A stretch of DNA of 64,000 bases from Octopus sinensis (lineage: Eukaryota): positions 94,240,001 through 94,304,000 of the forward strand of contig NC_043006.1 of NCBI RefSeq assembly GCF_006345805.1, in the 5' to 3' direction. The position numbers and the translations under genes are program-made. Shown here piece after piece: positions 51,185-64,000 of this stretch (position 1 is the first letter of the stretch; each line of letters begins with the position of its first letter). The notes beneath the pieces were generated by a model that was not told the origin of the DNA, searched no databases, and worked only from the letters and a program-made list of their open reading frames with translations.

Positions 51185-51549
51185 TTATATATTTAAATAT
51201 ATTTATAGTTATAGATGCACAAGTATCGTTGCTAAAATAGAGACGGTTTTGAGAATGCAAAATTCACTAAAAGAAAGCAATTATTAACGTCTGTATTGTT
51301 ATGATAATTCTTAAAATTTCCAATCTAAATACATTTTTAGCAAAATATGCTTTTGAAAATTTCTTTGAACTAAACAATTAACTGCCAGACAGCAATTTGA
51401 AACATCTTACACTGTGAGATACCGTCTTTAACGTCATACCCCCGTCTTTGTCTCTTCCCATCTGTTCTTTGCTTATCTGTTTTCGATAAGTAATTGTTGA
51501 GGTCACTCTTCGGGTATATCGTATTTCGTCATGTAAACAAAACACAATA

Positions 51550-51936
51550 CAGCAGAACCTTGCAGTACGAGTGCCCCAATTGTACGAGTAATTTGCTGTA
51601 CGAGCCGAGACTTGTGCGAATTTTCTTCTTGAAGTACGAACAGAAATCCGCAGTACGAGCACACAAACCATCCCATCTTTAAGGTAATTCAGTTAATAAA
51701 ACCAGTTTACATATTTTTGCATTCTCTTATTTATAATTGTCATTTTAATTGTAATTACAACTTTTCTATTTCAAACCCCATAAACAATTATTTTTGAGTG
51801 GTTTGGGGTTGGGGGCTGGAACGGATTAATTATACTTTAGCTAATTTCAATGGGGAAAATTGATTTGTAAAACTAGTAAAACGTAAGACGAGCACGGTCA
51901 TGGAACGAATTAAACTCGTACCGCGAGTTCTCACCT
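51550..51936. mobile_element. Tigger/pogo-like MITE
   Basis: TA-flanked imperfect TIRs cagcagaaccttgcagtacgagt and actcgtaccgcgagttctcacct; no ORF. Confidence 0.55.
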
Positions 51937-52806
51937 TACTCAAAACGTTTTGCCCGTATATTTACTCGTTCGCTGCTGTCGATTCGCTCCAACACTGCTT
52001 AAAGATTTCCCTCTCATTGCTCATTCCTGTGACCACAAAAGTTCCTCACTCAATTCAATGTATATCGTCTTCTGCATATATTTCGATCTTAAGCGTATGC
52101 TTGAGCGCCATTTTCATCAAGCTTTGTGCATCCAATCTTTGCATATTGTCATATTTTCAACATGTCTTGAAATATTTCTTGACAATTATTCCAACTTTTA
52201 TTACGAATGCGTGTGTGTGTTCATGCATTTGAAGTTTTGCATGTTTATTATGCCTTCCCAATCTCATACAAATGCACGCAGTCGCCAGTCATGCGTATGG
52301 TTCGGAGATGCCGTCACGGAATTATGCACACACTGGCAAGTGCATTTCGCACGCATCACAATCGACTCTCTCACTACATGCTAGAGCCAACTCCAAGAGC
52401 ACTAACCATGCCACCACCACCACCACCACACCACCACCACCACCATCACCGCTACCGCCGCGCCACTACCAACGCTACCACCACACATCCACAACAATTA
52501 TTACTACTACTAATACTACCACCACCACCACCACCATCACTACTACAACAACAATTACTCTTCCTCCACCTACTACTACTACTATACTACAAAGCAATGA
52601 CAATCTGTCTTTCTCGTCACTTTTTCTTTCATGTAAGTACACACATTCTTACACATTCACGTAAGCTATCTCTCAAGTTCATATATACATACATACATAC
52701 ACACATACAAACACACATACATATACACACACATCAAAATACTTTTTCACGTACATGTATGTATTGATTCTCTGTCTGTTTTCCTCTCTTCCCCTCTCTC
52801 TCTCTC

Positions 52807-52885
<79 letters not shown>

Positions 52886-53240
52886 GCTTTTACACACAAA
52901 TATATAAACTTGTCCCTATAAACACAAACACAACACACATGACGTACATGGTTGTGTAGACTAATCTACACTCATACGCATATATACCAATGCACATACG
53001 CTTATTCATACGTAAACACACATACACACATCCGCACCTAGCTAGGCTGGCATAATTTGACGTAAAGACACAGGCACATACATTTTGACAGCAACACGTA
53101 TAAACGTATAGGCCAAGACTAGTCTACAAAACGTACACCCATACACTGTCCACAAATTTGTGTGTATATATATGCACACACACACATTCATAAATAAGTA
53201 TACATACGTGCATATATCTGTGTGTGTCTATATATATGTA

Positions 53241-53281
<41 letters not shown>

Positions 53282-53313
53282 TATATACATACGTATATGT
53301 CATACATCTATAC

Positions 53314-53390
<77 letters not shown>

Positions 53391-53859
53391 AGTGTGTGTG
53401 TGTATATTTATATATATATATGTATGTGTGTGTATATGTATATATATATGCAGATGTGGGCACAGGACGTCACAAAACGTGTACAACAAAAAATACGAAA
53501 GACACAAATGGAAAATAAGACAAACAACATAAAGAGCGATCCTTCATCAGTTGTTGCTGTTTTTTCTACTCTCGTATTTCGAGCAATTCACACACACACA
53601 GGAAGATCCCACATGAGCACCTACATTGCTAAAAATAGAAGTTAAAATATTTCTGTACCACAGAATTGTCACAAAGCTAATACGCGTATGGTGGGAAAAA
53701 TTCTAGTGAAGATTAAAAACGTCTTACTCCTGCTAGGTCACCACAAGCAATGCTAGTCAACCTGGAACCGGTTTCAAAATTAGCGCCAAAGAAGTGCCTG
53801 TTTCTCATCAACCACAGTCTGCCAGCGTACTACTACCAAAAATTTCGGATTTACGTAAC

Positions 53860-54200
53860 TGGCACCTGTGCCGGTGGCACATAAAAAGCACCTTTCGAGT
53901 GCTGGGCCTCACGGATGCAATGACAAATTACCAAGACTTTTGTCAATATGCTGTGCTTGAGTAACAGACCCATCAAGCCAAAGTGAAACTGTAGTCGCGA
54001 CAGATATTGGTGCCACGCAATTGGCACTCGTGCCAATGACACGTAAAAGCATGCCTTGCGCTCTCGGAGTGGTTGGCGTTAGGAAGGGCACCCAGCCGTA
54101 CGAAACCATGCCAAAACAGACTGGAGTTTGGTGCAAACCGTCCAACCAAAGCCAGCATGGAAAACGGACGCTAAATGACGATGACGACGATTATGATGAT
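53860..54200 (+). mobile_element. SINE-like repeat with internal direct repeat and (GAT)n tail
   Basis: ggcac..gtgcc..tg.cac.taaaa.gca occurs twice, followed by ggttggcgttaggaagggcacccagccg; tail taaatgacgatgacgacgattatgatgat. Confidence 0.55.
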
Positions 54201-54549
54201 GATATACACACACATTCACACACATAGATAATACATACATACATACATTCATATACACATGCGTATTGCTAGCTAACACAGGCTAACGTGATGAATTTAC
54301 ACACAAAACACAATTTTGTTCCCCAATACGCACACATGGACACACACACACACACACATCCGCATACATAAACACACGGACACACACACACATCCGCATA
54401 CATAAGCACACTCTTATGCACACATATTGTATCAATTGAGAACGCAGGTAATTTTGTTCGTCCAGTTCCCAATGAGTGTAACAACGACTCTTCTCTGGTA
54501 GCAACATCTTGTATGTCTTGTAGCCACCGGCAGCATCCCCATAAGCATC

Positions 54550-54968
54550 ATTGCCGCCACCACCAACACCACCACCGCTAACACCAACAAAAAACACTAC
54601 CACCACCACCACCACCACCACCACCGTCACTGCTATCGCCACTAATGCCACCGCGGCCGCGGCGACGACGACAACCATCACCACCGCCGACGCCACTCCC
54701 ACCCCCGCCAGCACCACTGTGCTACCTCCACCAGTACAACTGCTATCGTCACCAATGCCACCACCTCCGCCGCCGCCGCCATCACCTCCACTACCGCCAC
54801 GAATGCCACCTTGGTCACCACCACCACCAACAACCGCAGCAACAACAACCATCCCAAACAGTCGAATAACATCGCGTGGAAGTTTCGTGACGCTAATACA
54901 AAGCGCCATCTGGTGGAAGCAGTTAAAACATAAATCAAACAGAAGCACACACACAACACACACACACG

Positions 54969-55011
<43 letters not shown>

Positions 55012-55330
55012 CCGTGTATATTTTTCAATATTTGTTCTCTGTATATGGAACTTACCACAAGGAAATTGAATGTCTACAGGAATATAGGAATATAAGAATA
55101 TAGGAATATAGAGCGTGGGGTTGTTAGCCGACTGGCTGGTTGGGTGGTTGGCAATTGTTGGCAGAATAATAAGTGGCGGTGGTGGTGGTGGTGGTGGCGA
55201 TGGTGGTAGTTGTGATAGGAGGAAAAGAATCGATCTACTACTGCTCCAACAACCACCACCGCCACCACCACCACCACCACCTACCACTACTACTTCGCCA
55301 CTACACCACTACTACTACTACTACTACTAC
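54550..55330. repeat. Mosaic (CCA/CCG/ACT/GGT)n trinucleotide tracts
   Basis: Directly visible; source of the Pro/Thr/Gly-rich ORFs at 54283-55361. Confidence 0.85.
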
Positions 55331-55548
55331 TTATAGTTATCTTCATCGAGCACTAATTTGAGGAGACAGATATATAAATACATTTTTCTTCTTTTTCCTC
55401 TTTTTCTTTTTTCTTTTTTCCTTTCCTCCTCCCCTTTAATCATACCTTCTCCCCCATCCCTACTATCTATGACTAGAAAATTTATATAGAAATGCAAACA
55501 CACTTGTGTATATATATATATATATATGTACGTGTGTGTGTGTATGTA

Positions 55549-55604
<56 letters not shown>

Positions 55605-56147
55605 TATATTAGAGAGAGAGAAAGAGTGAGAATAATACCCCGTTCAGGCAACTGCATGTACTCACATGCGTACTCTATTATAGAAAAAGAGGTGATATAA
55701 ACGTATATCATAACAGGTAAAATATAACATCGAAGGGACTTCACAAAACGACATTCCAATTTATGCATCCGAAAAAACTATGGCAAATTAATCCCATATC
55801 ATTTCCAAAAAAACTGTTGCTGGCAAATTATCAGAGTCGCTGGAGCACAGCATATGCATCGTAACATTTGTTTTTCGTTCTCTGTATTGCCATTTCCACA
55901 CCTGTCGTACAATTAACGTCGATAAAATGGAAATCAAAGACAATGAATTGGCGGGATGTGGCCATTTTGTTTCCCGGACTAAAACTGTGACGTCTGATTT
56001 TTCAATTCCATACATATATTAAACATGTTGTATTGATAGTGCTCTTACCATAGAGCTAGTTCTGTTATATAGTTCGAATTTTATTCCGCTGATGCGGCAC
56101 CTTTGCAAGTTAGTGTATATTGTATGCACTATCTCTATATATTTCAG

Positions 56148-56199
56148 ACTGCTTGACTCGATTTCATTTCGGAAGTGACATTGAGAAGTCGCAACAACG
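56148..56199 (+). CDS. Candidate 52-nt exon (xCLTRFHFGSDIEKSQQx)
   Basis: atctctatatatttcag| ... ACG|gtgaaa; one open frame (phase 1-2). Confidence 0.25.
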
Positions 56200-57305
56200 G
56201 TGAAATACGTATCCGTAGCTCGCGCGGTCACTGTTGAGGTTATTTCATTTCGCCTAGCTCTGAAATAGATTGTGTGTATTTTTTAATACTATACGTCGGT
56301 AAAGCGATTTTTCCTGGATGTTAACCGCAGCCTTGGGCTTTTTGACAACACACCACAGACAGACATTCATTTTGTCATACTCATAAAGCTTTCACCCTAG
56401 AGCTGCTTGTATTGCATAATTCAGATCATATAATATTATCCTATTTATTCCTATATAGCATCATACGTGTGTTATTGCGTTACACTTAAGACAATCTAAG
56501 CTACAGAAAGAAATCCAAAACCTAATCGAAATATTCAATTTGAAGAAAGACAGTTACGAAGATTTATGCATTTTTGCATAGGAACAAAAATAAGAATATT
56601 TTCTAAAACGTGAGATGTCGACGGGTTCTGCTGGTATTAAGTAAATGTCTACCGCCGAAATGAAATGAATTAACAACTCCTTTTCCTTTCTTTTTTTTTT
56701 TTTTTTTTCTACTATAGGTAGCAGGTCTGAAATCTTGGGAAAGCGGGATATTCGCTTATACGACCCCAATGCTCAACTAGTTTTCTGTTTTTTTCCATCT
56801 CTCCCGAAAGAATGAAAGGTAAAATAGATTTTCACGGAATTTCAACTCAGAACGTAAAACGATTCTTCTAGCTCTCCGGCCTCTTCTCTCCTTATTATTT
56901 CCAGTAGATATAGAATGGAAATTAGTCGCGGATCAAGTCAGGTCATGGTGATTAAAGATTAGCATGGAAAACGAATAAAACTAAAGTTTGACGTCGATGG
57001 AGTAAGTTGAAATCATTAACATTCAGCTGGAATCAATAGACACATCATGTTTCGTTAGTTGGGGTCTCCAATCAGTGAAAGTATATCAAGCAAAACCGAG
57101 ACAAAGAAGTGAATTAAAATTACAACAGCGCATTAACTTTAGATCAGTGTTGCTCAACCATTTTTTTCTGTGGATATCTTTTATTTTAATCTTATTATGG
57201 CGGACCCTCATAGCCAATCGATATTTACAAAATCCTATTATATTTTTATCATTAAATATTATCAGGGTCTGTATTAAAAAACATTCTTAAAATACTTTGT
57301 ATAAG

Positions 57306-57650
57306 GGCGCAGGCGTGGGCGTGTGGTAAGAAGCTTTCTCCCTAACCACGGTTCCGGGTTCAGCCCCGCTGCGTTGCACTAAGGGCAAATGTCTCCTACT
57401 ATAGCCTCGGGCCAACCAAAGTCTTGTGAATGGATATGGTAGGTGGAAACTGAAAGAAGCCTATTGTATGTATTTATATGTGTGTGTTTGTGTCGGTTTG
57501 TCCCCGTCACTATCACTTGACAACCGATGTTGGTGTGTTTACATCCTCGTAAATTAGCGGTTCGGCATAAGAGACCGATAGAATAAGCACCAGGCTTAAA
57601 AGAATAAGTTTAGGGGTCAATTTCTTCAACTAAAAGGCGGTGCTTCCCCA
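57306..57650 (+). mobile_element. SINE family A, diverged
   Basis: Head and 3' module recognisable. Confidence 0.75.
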
Positions 57651-57695
57651 GTCCTATTGCGTATATGCATATATATACATATATGTATATATTAT

Positions 57696-57730
<35 letters not shown>

Positions 57731-57749
57731 ATGTGTATATATATATATA

Positions 57750-59620
57750 TATACATGTGTGTGTATGTGTGTGTGCGTGTGTGTGTGTGTGTGTGCACGA
57801 CGAGCTTCCAGTCAGTTTCTGTCAACTAAATTCCGTCAAGCTTCCGTACAGTTTCCATCGACAAAGCGTCATAGGTTGGAAGGACTTGCCTAAGGTGTCG
57901 CGCAGTGAGACTAAGCTCTAAATCACGTGGTTGTAAAGCGAGCTTCTTAACCACCGAGCTACGACTGTGCCTGTTGGGAAAAAGTCAAGTGTTCGAACGG
58001 CGGCAAATGTTAAGGGAGCGACTCGACCCAACAAAATTAGAGTTCCTTCAATATGCCGCTAACGAGGAAGAATCACTCCACTGGTCAGTACATATCAACA
58101 CCATTTGTAAGGTGTTTGTGGCTGTTTTCGACTCAAAGAATCAGTCCTAATCAAGCAGAACGAAGATCAATTTCCTTTCTCATCGCCGTAGTTCCAACCT
58201 CCTGATTTACAGACCCAGTTAATGAAGGATTCCTATCAAATCTATCATTCCACTTTTTTTTTTTTGATTACGCTTTCGTTTTTATGACGCTACAGTTTGC
58301 TATAAAAGAGATGCACGCGTCCTTTCTCTGCTGAGTCGAAAATGAAATCAAGGCTCCTTTATTGTCTCGTGGCGACATCTTTTGATGTAGGAGAGATTTA
58401 CAGTTATTTTCTGTGGGGAGATAATCCATTATTAATGATTAACGAGTTCAGTAATCTCTATGCAATCACTGAGATATAGCGATCAACCATTTCAATTTCT
58501 TTTCCTTTTTAGTATACGTATTACACTACTTACATACATCTATCTATCTATCTATCTATATATATATATATATGTTGTGGTGTATATATATATATGTATA
58601 TATATATGCATCTGTTTATAAACAAAAGCATAAATATGTACAGAACGTATATACGTAAATATACACACACGTACACACATATATGTAGGTAATATATATA
58701 TTAGTTATATATATATATATACATGTGTGTATGGTGTGTGCGTGTGTGTGTGTGTGTGTGCACGACGAGCTTCCAGTCAGTTTCTGTCAACTAATTCCGT
58801 CAAGCTTCCGTACAGTTTCCATCGACAAAGCGTCATAGGTTGGAAGGACTTGCCTAAGGTGTCGCGCAGTGAGACTAAGCTCTAAATCACGTGGTTGTAA
58901 AGCGAGCTTCTTAACCACCGAGCTACGACTGTGCCTGTTGGGAAAAAGTCAAGTGTTCGAACGGCGGCAAATGTTAAGGGAGCGACTCGACCCAACAAAA
59001 TTAGAGTTCCTTCAATATGCCGCTAACGAGGAAGAATCAATACTGGTCAGTACATATCAACACCATTTGTAAGGTTGTTGTTGCTGTTTGGACTCAAAGA
59101 ATCAGTCCTAATCAAGCAGAACGAAGATCAATTTCCTTTCTCCATCGCCGTAGTCCAACCTCCTGATTTACAGACCCAGTTAATGAAGGATTACCTTATC
59201 AAATCTATCATTCCACTTTCGTTTTTATGACGCTACAGTTTGCTATAAAAGAGATGCACGCTCCTTTCTCTGCTGAGTCGAAAATGAAATCAAGGCTCCT
59301 TTATTGTCTCGTGGCGACATCTTTTGATGTAGGAGAGATTTACAGTTATTTTCTGTGGGGAGATAATCCATTATTAATGATTAACGAGTTCAGTATCTCT
59401 ATGCAATCACTGAGATAAAATAGCGATCAACCATTTCAATTTCTTTTCCTTTTTAGTATACGTATTACACTATTACATCTATCTATCTATCTATATATAA
59501 TATATATATATGTGTGTGTGTATATATATATATGTATATATATATGCATCTGTTTATAAACAAAAGCATAAATATGTACAGAACGTATATACGTAAATAT
59601 ACACACACGTGCACATATAT
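57750..59620. repeat. Tandem duplication, two units of about 950 bp differing mostly by short indels
   Basis: gcacgacgagcttccagtcag at about 57795 and 58760; ORFs 57905 and 58869 are identical at the start. Confidence 0.9.
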
Positions 59621-59621
59621 G

Positions 59622-59664
<43 letters not shown>

Positions 59665-60246
59665 ATGTGTGTGTGTCTGTGTGTGTATAAATGAGCTTAT
59701 AGATACATATGCATATAGGTATATATGCATATGTCTCAAAATTTTTATAACTTTTATATGTAAGTATACGCATGCGTATCTATGCATGTGTGTGAGTAAT
59801 CGTTTGTTTGTGTATGAGTCTGTGTTTGTGTGAGTGTGTGTACGCTTTACGTGTAAGTCCATTGTACACCAGAAGGTAACTGTGATCTTCTTTAAACGAG
59901 ATTTAAATGAAACCAAGGGTTTGAAGCAAGGATGATAATCTGTCTTATTTCCTTCTATGCCTCCAATTCAAAATTCATTATTTTCTCTCACTATTTCTCC
60001 CTCCGCATACACTTACACACACACACGGTCGTGCTTGTGTGTCGCTGTGTGCGTGCGCGTGCCTTTGTATCTGTGTGTGAGCATCTATACGTAGTGATAT
60101 ATATTCATATATGTCGGTATATATCCATGATTGTGTGTGTGTGTATATATATATATGTATATATACATATATATACATATATATATATATACACATATAC
60201 ATATATATATATATATATATATACATATATATACATATATATATAT

Positions 60247-60277
<31 letters not shown>

Positions 60278-60536
60278 CACACATATATACATATGTGTAT
60301 ATACACATATACACATATTTATATACATATGTGTTTATATATATGTATATACATATATATCTGTGTGTGAGCATCAATACGTAGTGATATATATTCATAT
60401 ATGTCGGTATATATCTATGATTGTGTGTGTGTATATATATATAAAATATGTATATGTAAGCATAAAATATATGTGTGTTTGTGTGTGAGTGAGTGTGAAT
60501 GTATTTATACACGTGTATTTGTGTGTATGTTTGTTT

Positions 60537-60579
<43 letters not shown>

Positions 60580-60972
60580 TGTGTGTGTGTGCTACACTCA
60601 GTTTGAGAGAAGGCATACGAAAGAAAATAATGTTTCTTTTTCCCGCATTGTCTTTCATCTTTCTTTATCTGTTTCCATCTAATTCTGTTTTCCTTTCATG
60701 TTTCTTCAAGATGGCATCCATGCAAAAGGGACCACACACGACAGCGGCAAACAGACAAGATGTAAACCAGCACCAAAACCAAATACCGATGCTCTTCAGC
60801 CTATGCCCTCCACCTGCCGCTACACACACACAAAATATATACATGATTATATAAATATTATATATATACACACACACATAAATATCTATCTATCTATCTA
60901 TCTATCTATTATCTGTCTGTCTGTCTGTCTGTCTGTCTATGTATGTATGTATGTATGTATGTATGTATGTAT

Positions 60973-61018
<46 letters not shown>

Positions 61019-61654
61019 TATATATAATATATATATATTCTCTTTAACGAGAATATTGTTGTCTGTGGCATCGAAGTTTCGTCTTGTAAAGTTATTGTCG
61101 GACTAACCGATGATGGCTTAACACTCCGAAAGTTCGAAGTCATTGTTTATATGTATGTATGTTTGTGTATGTATGTATGTATGTATGTATGTATGTATGT
61201 TTGTATGTATGTATGTATGTATGTATGTATGTATATATATGTGTGTATGTATGAATGGTTGGATAGATGAATGCATGCATGTCTGTATAGTGCGTTTGAA
61301 GTGATGTACAGATAGAAGGAGGCAGTCAAAATTTCGGATAATTCTCAATCACAAAAAAATATGAAACCACTATTCTCCGCTAATTTATTTAATTTTGTGA
61401 AGCTCTCTTTTCAGTTTGTAAGATAGAAATTTAAGGTAATAAAATGTTTTAAAAGATATTTAAAGTGCCTTCGAGATAACTGTAAACCTATTTTGGAGCC
61501 ACCCTGTATAATAATAATTGAAGTAGAAAAAGATTGAAGTCGTTGTATAGATGGAATATATGCAAATGAGGAGATGAAATTTTTTTGCACCCGTACATAA
61601 TAAATGCTGTTGTAAATTCAAGTATTTTGGTGTTTAGGGGAATATGTATACTCT

Positions 61655-61861
61655 CTTTTACTCTTTTACTTGTTTCAGTCATTTGACTGCGGCCATGCTG
61701 GAGCACCGCCTTTAGTCGAGCAAATCGACCCCGGGACTTATTCTTTGTAAGCCCAGTACTTATTCTATCGGTCTCTTTTGCCGAACCGCTAAGTGACGGG
61801 GACGTAAACACACCAGCATCGGTTGTCAAGCAATGCTAGGGAGACAAACACAGACACACAA

Positions 61862-61895
<34 letters not shown>

Positions 61896-62066
61896 ATATA
61901 AACGACAGGCTTTTTTCAGTTTCCGTCTACCAAATCCACTCACAAGGCATTGGTCGGCACGGGGCTATAGCAGAAGACACATGCCTAAGATGCCACGCAG
62001 TGGGACTGAACTTGGAACCATGTGGTTGGTTAGCAAGCTACTTACCACACAGCCACTCCTGCGCCT
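61655..62066 (-). mobile_element. SINE family A, full-length, young
   Basis: Near-perfect reverse complement of the 2290 and 30061 copies. Confidence 0.9.
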
Positions 62067-62723
62067 ATATTATTTAATATTTAAAAACCAGATAAAATGT
62101 GTAGAAATAATGGTAAGCGTTCTTATCAAGGTGAACAAAGCCATGAAGGAATGCAGCTTTTAAAAATTTTATTTTAAAGAGTTAAATACAGGAGTGGGAT
62201 AAGTGGGGAAAAAATTCAAATATGGAGGAGGTTTTCATAGAAGTACCAGTCAGATTATGAGTATGGAGTGTGAAAATGTGGGAAAATGAAAAGGGAATAA
62301 AATGAAAAATTTCTGTGATGGTAAAGAAATATGAAGTCACTAATTTTGGAAAAATCATGTGTTAGATTGTAGAATAAATCTATGAGTGGAAGGAGGATGC
62401 GTGAAAAATTATAAAGAAATAAATGAAGACATGAAATCAAAAAATAATAAATTACAATAATAAATTATAGGTTGAAATAGATTAGATGAAATGGAATGGG
62501 GGGGTGAGAAGGGGAATAGAAGAAAATACCTGCTTAGACCAACTATGAGAAATGAAAGTATGAATTTGAATGAGATAAGGAATGAGAAAATATACCAGAA
62601 AAAGTAAAGAACAGCACTTATAAAACTGAACAAAGGCAACATTATTCTTGAAAATCAGTAAAAATGAATATGTCGAAAAGAGAATCAGAATGGTTGCACA
62701 AGTTCAGAGATTATTTCAATGTA

Positions 62724-63458
62724 CGAGGTCTGATCAATAAGTATCCGGACTGTTGCCATAGTAACTAAGCTAAAGCACGCCGAGTGAAGCCGCTTGGCAA
62801 AGATTTACCTGGAACTTTGCTGTGCATGCGCATTAAGTTTTACCGTTCTAGCTCACTTCCACTATTTACAACAGTGCTTGGAAGGAAGATGTGTAGCGAG
62901 TGATCGTCGCATTGACCATAGCAGAGAATGTTGTTATGGCGATATCCGCTCAGAGGCTTATGCAAAGTTGCAGAAAATGTATGGAAATCGTGGAATCACC
63001 ATCCGTAAGTTATCAGACATTGTGCAGATTAGTTATGGTTCAGTTCAACCCATCATCATTGAAGATCTGGGTATGAGATGCAAGCCTGCCACGTTTGAGC
63101 CCAAACTACTTTCAGCTAACCAAAAAGACATTCGAGTTTCAGTTGCACAAGATCTCCTTGATTGCATCGAGAATAATGAAAAGTTTTTGAAGAGTTTACT
63201 GGGCCTCTGAGCAAGTATCGCCAAGCTTTTTGGAAAAATTTGATGCAGATTCTCTGCTCAACTTTCTCTATCATGGTCAATGCGACGATCACGCGCCACA
63301 CACCTTCCTTCCAAGCACTGCTGTAGACAGCGTGAGCTAGAACGTTAAAACTTAGTACACAGCAGAGTTCAAGATCAGTTTGTACCAAGCGGCTTTACTC
63401 TGCATGCATTAGTTTTGTTACTATAGCAACAGTCCGGATACTTATTGATCAGACCATG
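62724..63458. mobile_element. Mariner derivative made of two inverted 5' ends (fold-back), TA-flanked
   Basis: TIRs cgaggtctgatcaataagtatccggactgttgccatagtaac and gttactatagcaacagtccggatacttattgatcagaccatg. Plus strand has transposase N-terminal remnants (EAYAKLQKMYG, TIRKLSDIVQISYGSVQPIIIEDLGM..EPKLLS..QK..RV); minus strand has MIEKVEQRICIKF. Confidence 0.85.
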
Positions 63459-64000
63459 TATATATTACGGTATGGCTGTAAAGGATACGCTCTGCGCACG
63501 ATCGAAAACCTCAAAATTCACTTTCGCATATGTATAGTATACAGTTTGCTGCTTTAACAGATGTGGCAAAATGGTGATGCCATTTAGAATATTAAAATGG
63601 CAAGAGCAGATTACAATGAAAGGTAATACTAAGTTAAGATAAAGTTAATATAAATGTATCTGGAGGAAAATTAGAACACTGTTCGGTCAACGTTAAGAGG
63701 ATGAGAATAACTGGCTCAAAATATTTGTCGGTCTTAAAGAACAATATTTTAGCGATAAAACTCAGAATTGGGTCTTTGGCAAAGTAAATTTCGAAGTTTC
63801 CTGAAGTACACATACTGTATGATTTATTGTTATATTTATTGCTATGAGCAGTTTTTTTTTTAATTTTCAATTTCTAAATGAAGCGATAGAATGATGTTTT
63901 ATTGCTTCGGTTAAAATTTCGAAATGTGTATGTATGATTAAAGGAGTAAGCTTTAAAACAACTGACGGTGAGACCAATGTACAACTTCGAAGATATATTA

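Noticed and set aside
54283-55287. 334-aa Gly/Val-rich and 172-aa Pro/Thr mucin-like ORFs
   Set aside because: Open on both strands because stop-free trinucleotide mosaics dominate; they run through (CA)n; no splice or domain support.
54850-56945. TRP-box or nAChR-like peptides (SNNIAWKFRDA at about 54852; DIEWKLVADQV at about 56914)
   Set aside because: Matches of only 3-5 residues with no flanking transmembrane exons; likely chance.
62160-62700. Purine-rich tract as a LINE or gene remnant
   Set aside because: Frequent stops and no recognisable motif.

Overview
AT-rich, microsatellite-saturated eukaryotic genomic DNA. The SINE families, (TA)n/(CA)n/(ATT)n load and TE mix point to an octopod cephalopod (Octopus sp.); this is recognition, not a database result. 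No protein-coding gene can be named. Almost all ORF-track entries are translations of simple repeats or SINEs. The window is mostly mobile DNA: about 30 copies of at least three tRNA-derived SINE families, a decayed Penelope-like element (RT + GIY-YIG), RTE, R4/Dong-like and CR1-like LINE fragments, mariner and Tigger-like DNA transposons, several fold-back repeats, and four 0.6-1 kb tandem duplications bounded by microsatellites. The most interesting signals are: (1) a minus-strand terminal-exon candidate whose UGA-C stop is followed by a GNRA-capped stem-loop and 35 more coding-like codons (readthrough-like architecture); (2) four different degenerate minimal hammerhead-ribozyme motifs in Penelope-type repeats; (3) strong-signal plus-strand microexon candidates that can be joined in phase, plus AG|GTGAG recursive-splice-like sites; (4) a two-headed mariner fold-back. 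All exon calls are unvalidated, and chance splice-site pairs are expected in 64 kb. Repeat boundaries are approximate to within tens of bp.
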